Source: the human T2T-CHM13v2.0 reference genome, Homo sapiens. From it: a stretch of DNA of 64,000 nucleotides. This document shows, piece by piece, positions 53,601 to 64,000 of this stretch. The notes below the pieces were generated by a model. That model was not told where the DNA came from, searched no databases, and saw only the letters and a program-made list of their open reading frames with translations. The position numbers were made by a program, and so were the translations under genes. The DNA lies in NCBI RefSeq assembly GCF_009914755.1, contig NC_060941.1. One strand, given 5' to 3'. The first letter of the stretch is position 1. Every line of letters starts with the position of its first letter.

Positions 53601-56600
53601 CAGAAGCATTCTCAGAACCCTCTTGGTGATGTTTGCATTCAACTCACAGTGCTGAACCTTTCTTTGATAGTTCAGCTTTGAAACACTCTTTTTGTAGAAA
53701 CTGCAAGTGGATATTTGGTCCTCTCTGAGGATTTCGTTGGAAACGGGATAAACTGCACAGAACTAAACAGAAGCATTCTCAGAACCTTCTTCGTGATGTC
53801 TGCATTCAACTCACAGTGTGGAACCTTTCTTTGATAGTTCAGGTTTGAAACACTCTTTTTGTAGAAACTGCAAGGGGATAATTGCACTCTTTGAGGAGTA
53901 CCGTAGTAAAGGAAATAACTTCCTATAAAAAGAAGACAGAAGCTTTCTCAGAAAATTCTTTGGGATGATTGAGTTGAACTCACAGAGCTGAGCATTCCTT
54001 GCGATGTAGCAGTTTAGAAACACACTTTCTGCAGAATCTGCAAGTGCATATTTGGACCTCTGTGAGGAATTCGTTGGAAACGGGATAATTTCAGCTGACT
54101 AAACAGAAGCAGTCTCAGAATCTTCTTTGTGATGTTTGCATTCAAATCCCCGAGTTGAACTTTCCTTTCAAAGTTCACGTTTGAAACACTCTTTTTGCAG
54201 GATCTACAAGTGGATATTTGGACCACTCTGTGTCCTTCGTTCGAAACGGGTATATCTTCACATGACATCTAGACAGAAGCATCCTCAGAAGCTTCTCTGT
54301 GATGACTGCATTCAACTCACGGAGTTGAACACTCCTTTTGAGAGCGCAGTTTTGAAACTCTCTTTCTGTGGCATCTGCAAGGGGACATGTAGACCTCTTT
54401 GAAGATTTCGTTGGAAACGGAATCATCTTCACATAAAAACTACACAGATGCATTCTCAGGAACTTTTTGGTGATGTTTGTATTCAACTCCCAGAGTTGAA
54501 CTTTCCTTTGGAAAGAGCAGCTATGAAACACTGTTTTTCTAGAATCTGCAAGTGGACGTTTGGAGGGCTTTGTGGTTTGTGGTGGAAAAGGAAATATCTT
54601 CACCTAAATACTAGATAGAAGCATTCTCAGAAACTGCTTTGTGATGATTGCATTCACCTCACAGAGTTGAACATTCCTATTGATAGAGCAGTTTGGAAAC
54701 ACTCTTGTTGTGGAATGTGCAAGTGGAGATTTGGAGCGCTTTGAGGCCTATGGTAGTAAAGGGAATAGCTTCATAGAAAAACTAGACAGAAGCATTCTCA
54801 GAAAATACTTTGTGATGATTGAGTTTAACTCACAGAGCTGAACATTCCTTTGGATGGTGCAGGTTTGAGACACACTTTTTGTAGAATCTACAAGTGGATA
54901 TTTGGACCTCTCTGAGGATTTCGTTGGAAACGGGATAACTGCACCTAACTAAACGGAAGCATTCTCAGAAACTTCTTGGTGATGTTTGCATTCAAATCCC
55001 AGAGTTGAACCTTCCTTTGATAGTTCAGGTTTGAAACACTCTTTTTGTAGGATCTGCAAGTGGATATTTGGACCACTCTGTGGCCTTCGTTCGAAACGGG
55101 TATATCTTCGCATAAAATCTAGACAGAAGCCTTCTCAGAAACTTCTCTGTGATGATTGCATTCAACTCACAGAGTTGAACCCTCCTATGGATAGAGCAGT
55201 GTTGAAACTCTCTTTTTGTGGAATCTGCAAGTGGATATGTGGACCTCTCCGAAGATGTCTTTGGAAACGGGAATATCTTCACATAAAAACTAAACAGAAG
55301 CATTCTCAGAAACTTCTCTGTGATGTTTGTGTTCAACTCCCAGAGTTTCACATTGCTTTTCATAGAGTAGTTCTGAAACATGCTTTTCGTAGTGTCTACA
55401 AGTGGACATTTGGAGCGCTTTCAGGCCTGTGGTGGAAAACGAATTATGGTCACATAAAAACTGGAGAGAAGCATTGTCAGAAACTTCTTTGTGATGATTG
55501 CATTCAACTCACAGAGTTGAAGGTTCCTTTTCAAAGAGCAGTTTCCAATCACTCTTTGTGTGGAATCTGCAAGTGGATATTCGGACCTATTTTGAAGATT
55601 TCGTTGGAAACGGGAGAATCTTCACAGGAAAGCTAAACAGAAGCATTCTCAGAAACTTCTTTGTGATGCTTGCATTCAACTCACAGAGTTGAACTTTCCT
55701 TTCGAGAGAGAAGCTTTGAAACACTCTTTTTCCAGAATCTGCAAGTGGACATTTGGAGGGCTTTGAGGCCTGTGGTGGAAAAGGAATTATCTTCCCGTAA
55801 AAGCTAGATAGAAGCATTCTCAGAAACTACTTTGTGATGATTGCATTCAAGTCACAGAGTTGAACATTCCCTTTGACAGAGCAGTTTGGAAACTCTCTTT
55901 GTGTAGAATCTGCAAGTGGAGATATGGACCGCTTTGAGGCCTATGGTAGTAAAGGAAATAGCTTCATATAAAAGCTAGACAGTAGCATTCACAGAAAACT
56001 CTTGGTGACGACTGAGTTTAACTCACAGAGCTGAACATTCCTTTGGATGGAGCAGTTTCGAAACACACTATTTGTAGAATGTGCAAGTGGATATTTAGGC
56101 CTCTCTGAGGATTTCGTTGGAAACGGGATAAACCGCACAGAACTAAACAGAAGCATTCTCAGAACCTTCTTCGTGATGTTTGCATTCAACTCACAGTGTT
56201 GAACCTTTCTTTGATAGTTCAGGTTTGAAACGGTCTTTCTGCAGGAACTGCAAGTAGATATTTGGACCGCTCTGAGGATTTCGTTGGAAACGGGATAACC
56301 CGCACAGAACTAAAACAGAAGCATTCTCAGAACCCTCTTCGTGATGTTTGCATTCAACTCACAGTGCTGAACTTTTCTTTGATAGTTCAGCTTTGAAACA
56401 CTCTTTTTGTAGAAACTGCAAGTGGATATTTGGTCCTCTCTGAGGAATTCGTTGGAAACGGGATAAACTGCACAGAACTAAACAGAAGCATTCTCAGAAC
56501 CTTCTTCGTGATGTCTGCATTCAACTCACAGTGTGGAACCTTTCTTTGATAGTTCAGGTTTGAAACACTCTTTTTGTAGAAACTGCAAGGGGATAATTGC

Positions 56601-59600
56601 ACTCTTTGAGGAGTACCGTAGTAAAGGAAATAACTTCCTATAAAAAGAAGACAGAAGCTTTCTCAGAAAATTCTTTGGGATGATTGAGTTGAACTCACAG
56701 AGCTGAGCATTCCTTGCGATGTAGCAGTTTAGAAACACACTTTCTGCAGAATCTGTAAGTGCATATTTGGACCTCTGTGAGGAATTCGTTGGAAACGGGA
56801 TAATTTCAGCTGACTAAACAGAAGCAGTCTCAGAATCTTCTTTGTGATGTTTGCATTCAAATCCCCGAGTTGAACTTTCCTTTCAAAGTTCACGTTTGAA
56901 ACACTCTTTTTGCAGGATCTACAAGTGGATATTTGGACCACTCTGTGTCCTTCGTTCGAAACGGGTATATCTTCACATGACATCTAGACAGAAGCATCCT
57001 CAGAAGCTTCTCTGTGATGACTGCATTCAACTCACGGAGTTGAACACTCCTTTTGAGAGCGCAGTTTTGAAACTCTCTTTCTGTGGCATCTGCAAGTGGA
57101 CATGTAGACCTCTTTGAAGATTTCGTTGGAAACGGAATCATCTTCACATAAAAACTATACAGATGCATTCTCAGGAACTTTTTGGTGATGTTTGTATTCA
57201 ACTCCCAGAGTTGAACTTTCCTTTGGAAAGAGCAGCTATGAAACACTGTTTTTCTAGAATCTGCAAGTGGACGTTTGGAGGGCTTTGTGGTTTGTGGTGG
57301 AAAAGGAAATATCTTCACCTAAATACTAGATAGAAGCATTCTCAGAAACTGCTTTGTGATGATTGCATTCACCTCACAGAGTTGAACATTCCTATTGATA
57401 GAGCAGTTTGGAAACACTCTTGTTGTGGAATGTGCAAGTGGAGATTTGGAGCGCTTTGAGGCCTATGGTAGTAAAGGGAATAGCTTCATAGAAAAACTAG
57501 ACAGAAGCATTCTCAGAAAATACTTTGTGATGATTGAGTTTAACTCACAGAGCTGAACATTCCTTTGGATGGAGCAGGTTTGAGACACACCTTTTGTAGA
57601 ATCTACAAGTGGATATTTGGACCTCTCTGAGGATTTCGTTGGAAACGGGATAACTGCACCTAACTAAACGGAAGCATTCTCAGAAACTTCTTGGTGATGT
57701 TTGCATTCAAATCCCAGAGTTGAACCTTCCTTTGATAGTTCAGGTTTGAAACACTCTTTTTGTAGGATCTGCAAGTGGATATTTGGACCACTCTGTGGCC
57801 TTCGTTCGAAACGGGTACATCTTCGCATAAAATCTAGACAGAAGCCTTCTCAGAAACTTCTCTGTGATGATTGCATTCAACTCACAGAGTTGAACCCTCC
57901 TATGGATAGAGCAGTGTTGAAACTCTCTTTTTGTGGAATCTGCAAGTGGATATGTGGACCTCTCCGAAGATGTCTTTGGAAACGGGAATATCTTCACATA
58001 AAAACTAAACAGAAGCATTCTCAGAAACTTCTCTGTGATGTTTGTGTTCAACTCCCAGAGTTTCACATTGCTTTTCATAGAGTAGTTCTGAAACATGCTT
58101 TTCGTAGTGTCTACAAGTGGACATTTGGAGCGCTTTCAGGCCTGTGGTGGAAAACGAATTATGGTCACATAAAAACTGGAGAGAAGCATTGTCAGAAACT
58201 TCTTTGTGATGATTGCATTCAACTCACAGAGTTGAAGGTTCCTTTTCAAAGAGCAGTTTCCAATCACTCTTTCTGTGGAATCTGCAAGTGGATATTTGGA
58301 CCTATTTTGAAGATTTCGTTGGAAACGGGAGAATCTTCACAGGAAAGCTAAACAGAAGCATTCTCAGAAACTTCTTTGTGATGCTTGCATTCAACTCACA
58401 GAGTTGAACTTTCCTTTCGAGAGAGAAGCTTTGAAACACTCTTTTTCCAGAATCTGCAAGTGGACATTTGGAGGGCTTTGAGGCCTGTGGTGGAAAAGGA
58501 ATTATCTTCCCGTAAAAGCTAGATAGAAGCATTCTCAGAAACTACTTTGTGATGATTGCATTCAAGTCACAGAGTTGAACATTCCCTTTGACAGAGCAGT
58601 TTGGAAACTCTCTTTGTGTAGAATCTGCAAGTGGAGATATGGACCGCTTTGAGGCCTATGGTAGTAAAGGAAATAGCTTCATATAAAAGCTAGACAGTAG
58701 CATTCACAGAAAACTCTTGGTGACGACTGAGTTTAACTCACAGAGCTGAACATTCCTTTGGATGGAGCAGTTTCGAAACACACTATTTGTAGAATGTGCA
58801 AGTGGATATTTAGGCCTCTCTGAGGATTTCGTTGGAAACGGGTTAAACCGCACAGAACTAAACAGAAGCATTCTCAGAACCTTCTTCGTGATGTTTGCAT
58901 TCAACTCACAGTGTTGAACTTTTCTTTGATAGTTCAGGTTTGAAACGGTCTTTCTGCAGAAACTGCAAGTAGATATTTGGACCTCTCCGAGGATTTCGTT
59001 GGAAACGGGATAACCCGCACAGAACTAAAACAGAAGCATTCTCAGAACCCTCTTCGTGATGTTTGCATTCAACTCACAGTGCTGAACCTTTCTTTGATAG
59101 TTCAGCTTTGAAACACTCTTTTTGTAGAAAGTGCAAGTGGATATTTGGTCCTCTCTGAGGATTTCGTTGGAAACGGGATAAACTGCACAGAACTAAACAG
59201 AAGCATTCTCAGAACCTTCTTCGTGATGTCTGCATTCAACTCACAGTGTGGAACCTTTCTTTGATAGTTCAGGTTTGAAACACTCTTTTTGTAGAAACTG
59301 CAAGGGGATAATTGCACTCTTTGAGGAGTACCGTAGTAAAGGAAATAACTTCCTATAAAAAGAAGACAGAAGCTTTCTCAGAAAATTCTTTGGGATGATT
59401 GAGTTGAACTCACAGAGCTGAGCATTCCTTGCGATGTAGCAGTTTAGAAACACACTTTCTGCAGAATCTGCAAGTGCATATTTGGACCTCTGTGAGGAAT
59501 TCGTTGGAAACGGGATAATTTCAGCTGACTAAACAGAAGCAGTCTCAGAATCTTCTTTGTGATGTTTGCATTCAAATCCCCGAGTTGAACTTTCCTTTCA

Positions 59601-62600
59601 AAGTTCACGTTTGAAACACTCTTTTTGCAGGATCTACAAGTGGATATTTGGACCACTCTGTGTCCTTCGTTCGAAACGGGTATATCTTCACATGACATCT
59701 AGACAGAAGCATCCTCAGAAGCTTCTCTGTGATGACTGCATTCAACTCACGGAGTTGAACACTCCTTTTGAGAGCGCAGTTTTGAAACTCTCTTTCTGTG
59801 GCATCTGCAAGGGGACATGTAGACCTCTTTGAAGATTTCGTTGGAAACGGAATCATCTTCACATAAAAACTATACAGATGCATTCTCAGGAACTTTTTGG
59901 TGATGTTTGTATTCAACTCCCAGAGTTGAACTTTCCTTTGGAAAGAGCAGCTATGAAACACTGTTTTTCTAGAATCTGCAAGTGGACGTTTGGAGGGCTT
60001 TGTGGTTTGTGGTGGAAAAGGAAATATCTTCACCTAAATACTAGATAGAAGCATTCTCAGAAACTGCTTTGTGATGATTGCATTCACCTCACAGAGTTGA
60101 ACATTCCTATTGATAGAGCAGTTTGGAAACACTCTTGTTGTGGAATGTGCAAGTGGAGATTTGGAGCGCTTTGAGGCCTATGGTAGTAAAGGGAATAGCT
60201 TCATAGAAAAACTAGACAGAAGCATTCTCAGAAAATACTTTGTGATGATTGAGTTTAACTCACAGAGCTGAACATTCCTTTGGATGGAGCAGGTTTGAGA
60301 CACACCTTTTGTAGAATCTACAAGTGGATATTTGGACCTCTCTGAGGATTTCGTTGGAAACGGGATAACTGCACCTAACTAAACGGAAGCATTCTCAGAA
60401 ACTTCTTGGTGATGTTTGCATTCAAATCCCAGAGTTGAACCTTCCTTTGATAGTTCAGGTTTGAAACACTCTTTTTGTAGGATCTGCAAGTGGATATTTG
60501 GACCACTCTGTGGCCTTCGTTCGAAACGGGTACATCTTCGCATAAAATCTAGACAGAAGCCTTCTCAGAAACTTCTCTGTGATGATTGCATTCAACTCAC
60601 AGAGTTGAACCCTCCTATGGATAGAGCAGTGTTGAAACTCTCTTTTTGTGGAATCTGCAAGTGGATATGTGGACCTCTCCGAAGATGTCTTTGGAAACGG
60701 GAATATCTTCACATAAAAACTAAACAGAAGCATTCTCAGAAACTTCTCTGTGATGTTTGTGTTCAACTCCCAGAGTTTCACATTGCTTTTCATAGAGTAG
60801 TTCTGAAACATGCTTTTCGTAGTGTCTACAAGTGGACATTTGGAGCGCTTTCAGGCCTGTGGTGGAAAACGAATTATGGTCACATAAAAACTGGAGAGAA
60901 GCATTGTCAGAAACTTCTTTGTGATGATTGCATTCAACTCACAGAGTTGAAGGTTCCTTTTCAAAGAGCAGTTTCCAATCACTCTTTCTGTGGAATCTGC
61001 AAGTGGATATTTGGACCTATTTTGAAGATTTCGTTGGAAACGGGAGAATCTTCACAGGAAAGCTAAACAGAAGCATTCTCAGAAACTTCTTTGTGATGCT
61101 TGCATTCAACTCACAGAGTTGAACTTTCCTTTCGAGAGAGAAGCTTTGAAACACTCTTTTTCCAGAATCTGCAAGTGGACATTTGGAGGGCTTTGAGGCC
61201 TGTGGTGGAAAAGGAATTATCTTCCCGTAAAAGCTAGATAGAAGCATTCTCAGAAACTACTTTGTGATGATTGCATTCAAGTCACAGAGTTGAACATTCC
61301 CTTTGACAGAGCAGTTTGGAAACTCTCTTTGTGTAGAATCTGCAAGTGGAGATATGGACCGCTTTGAGGCCTATGGTAGTAAAGGAAATAGCTTCATATA
61401 AAAGCTAGACAGTAGCATTCACAGAAAACTCTTGGTGACGACTGAGTTTAACTCACAGAGCTGAACATTCCTTTGGATGGAGCAGTTTCGAAACACACTA
61501 TTTGTAGAATGTGCAAGTGGATATTTAGGCCTCTCTGAGGATTTCGTTGGAAACGGGTTAAACCGCACAGAACTAAACAGAAGCATTCTCAGAACCTTCT
61601 TCGTGATGTTTGCATTCAACTCACAGTGTTGAACTTTTCTTTGATAGTTCAGGTTTGAAACGGTCTTTCTGCAGAAACTGCAAGTAGATATTTGGACCTC
61701 TCTGAGGATTTCGTTGGAAACGGGATAACCCGCACAGAACTAAAACAGAAGCATTCTCAGAACCCTCTTCGTGATGTTTGCATTCAACTCACAGTGCTGA
61801 ACCTTTCTTTGATAGTTCAGCTTTGAAACACTCTTTTTGTAGAAAGTGCAAGTGGATATTTGGTCCTCTCTGAGGATTTCGTTGGAAACGGGATAAACTG
61901 CACAGAACTAAACAGAAGCATTCTCAGAACCTTCTTCGTGATGTCTGCATTCAACTCACAGTGTGGAACCTTTCTTTGATAGTTCAGGTTTGAAACACTC
62001 TTTTTGTAGAAACTGCAAGGGGATAATTGCACTCTTTGAGGAGTACCGTAGTAAAGGAAATAACTTCCTATAAAAAGAAGACAGAAGCTTTCTCAGAAAA
62101 TTCTTTGGGATGATTGAGTTGAACTCACAGAGCTGAGCATTCCTTGCGATGTAGCAGTTTAGAAACACACTTTCTGCAGAATCTGCAAGTGCATATTTGG
62201 ACCTCTGTGAGGAATTCGTTGGAAACGGGATAATTTCAGCTGACTAAACAGAAGCAGTCTCAGAATCTTCTTTGTGATGTTTGCATTCAAATCCCCGAGT
62301 TGAACTTTCCTTTCAAAGTTCACGTTTGAAACACTCTTTTTGCAGGATCTACAAGTGGATATTTGGACCACTCTGTGTCCTTCGTTCGAAACGGGTATAT
62401 CTTCACATGACATCTAGACAGAAGCATCCTCAGAAGCTTCTCTGTGATGACTGCATTCAACTCACGGAGTTGAACACTCCTTTTGAGAGCGCAGTTTTGA
62501 AACTCTCTTTCTGTGGCATCTGCAAGGGGACATGTAGACCTCTTTGAAGATTTCGTTGGAAACGGAATCATCTTCACATAAAAACTATACAGATGCATTC

Positions 62601-64000
62601 TCAGGAACTTTTTGGTGATGTTTGTATTCAACTCCCAGAGTTGAACTTTCCTTTGGAAAGAGCAGCTATGAAACACTGTTTTTCTAGAATCTGCAAGTGG
62701 ACGTTTGGAGGGCTTTGTGGTTTGTGGTGGAAAAGGAAATATCTTCACCTAAATACTAGATAGAAGCATTCTCAGAAACTGCTTTGTGATGATTGCATTC
62801 ACCTCACAGAGTTGAACATTCCTATTGATAGAGCAGTTTGGAAACACTCTTGTTGTGGAATGTGCAAGTGGAGATTTGGAGCGCTTTGAGGCCTATGGTA
62901 GTAAAGGGAATAGCTTCATAGAAAAACTAGACAGAAGCATTCTCAGAAAATACTTTGTGATGATTGAGTTTAACTCACAGAGCTGAACATTCCTTTGGAT
63001 GGAGCAGGTTTGAGACACACCTTTTGTAGAATCTACAAGTGGATATTTGGACCTCTCTGAGGATTTCGTTGGAAACGGGATAACTGCACCTAACTAAACG
63101 GAAGCATTCTCAGAAACTTCTTGGTGATGTTTGCATTCAAATCCCAGAGTTGAACCTTCCTTTGATAGTTCAGGTTTGAAACACTCTTTTTGTAGGATCT
63201 GCAAGTGGATATTTGGACCACTCTGTGGCCTTCGTTCGAAACGGGTACATCTTCGCATAAAATCTAGACAGAAGCCTTCTCAGAAACTTCTCTGTGATGA
63301 TTGCATTCAACTCACAGAGTTGAACCCTCCTATGGATAGAGCAGTGTTGAAACTCTCTTTTTGTGGAATCTGCAAGTGGATATGTGGACCTCTCCGAAGA
63401 TGTCTTTGGAAACGGGAATATCTTCACATAAAAACTAAACAGAAGCATTCTCAGAAACTTCTCTGTGATGTTTGTGTTCAACTCCCAGAGTTTCACATTG
63501 CTTTTCATAGAGTAGTTCTGAAACATGCTTTTCGTAGTGTCTACAAGTGGACATTTGGAGCGCTTTCAGGCCTGTGGTGGAAAACGAATTATGGTCACAT
63601 AAAAACTGGAGAGAAGCATTGTCAGAAACTTCTTTGTGATGATTGCATTCAACTCACAGAGTTGAAGGTTCCTTTTCAAAGAGCAGTTTCCAATCACTCT
63701 TTGTGTGGAATCTGCAAGTGGATATTCGGACCTATTTTGAAGATTTCGTTGGAAACGGGAGAATCTTCACAGGAAAGCTAAACAGAAGCATTCTCAGAAA
63801 CTTCTTTGTGATGCTTGCATTCAACTCACAGAGTTGAACTTTCCTTTCGAGAGAGAAGCTTTGAAACACTCTTTTTCCAGAATCTGCAAGTGGACATTTG
63901 GAGGGCTTTGAGGCCTGTGGTGGAAAAGGAATTATCTTCCCGTAAAAGCTAGATAGAAGCATTCTCAGAAACTACTTTGTGATGATTGCATTCAAGTCAC

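Larger units (their letters stand above)
1..64000 (+). repeat. D17Z1: Centromeric alpha-satellite HOR array, 16-mer with 2,715-bp period (~23.6 copies); most likely human chr17 D17Z1 (SF3)
   Basis: Seen: ~171-bp monomers carrying the alphoid motifs CATTCTCAGAAAC, TTCAACTCACAGAGTTGAA and TTCGTTGGAAACGGGA. Every ORF recurs at exact 2,715-bp steps (686, 3401, 6116 ... 63131), and copies differ only by scattered substitutions. Knowledge: a ~2.7-kb 16-mer EcoRI HOR of W1-W5 monomers with an internal triplication is the D17Z1 structure. The alpha-satellite call is near certain; the chromosome assignment is about 0.9. Confidence 0.95.

Noticed and set aside
1-64000. CRISPR-like appearance (conserved motif recurring at regular spacing)
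   Set aside because: The intervening sequences are homologous monomers rather than unique spacers, the period is ~171 bp, and there are no cas genes.
1-64000. Possible L1/Alu insertion, inversion or non-satellite island
   Set aside because: The exact 2,715-bp phase is kept throughout with a single orientation. I saw no poly(A) tail, target-site duplication or foreign sequence.
1-64000. Other SF3 arrays (DXZ1 12-mer, D11Z1 5-mer, chr1 11-mer) or the neighbouring D17Z1-B 14-mer as the identity
   Set aside because: The period is 16 monomers (2,715 bp) with an internal triplication, which fits none of these.
1-64000. A previously undescribed biological system encoded in the window
   Set aside because: Everything visible is explained by a known centromeric satellite and its turnover. 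The variant patterns inform on array evolution but do not support a new system.

Overview
The whole 64-kb window is one uninterrupted, single-orientation array of primate alpha-satellite DNA. It is organised as a 16-monomer higher-order repeat (HOR) with an exact 2,715-bp period, giving 23 full periods plus a partial one. Copy n starts at 1+2715*(n-1). The unit length, the single conserved EcoRI site per unit, the pentamer-derived (suprachromosomal family 3, W1-W5) monomer order and the internal triplication of CENP-B-box monomers match what I know of human chromosome 17 D17Z1 (p17H8-type 16-mer). This assignment is by recognition, not by database search. I see no genes, RNA genes, transposon insertions, inversions or HOR length variants, and the ORF track is an artefact of the repeat. 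I found no evidence of a new biological system. The information worth a second look lies in roughly 35 single-base variants read by eye. They show multi-HOR duplications, chimeric HOR copies, a haplotype transition near 30 kb, polymorphic CENP-B boxes and a frequent extra EcoRI site. All variant calls are manual and should be confirmed by alignment.
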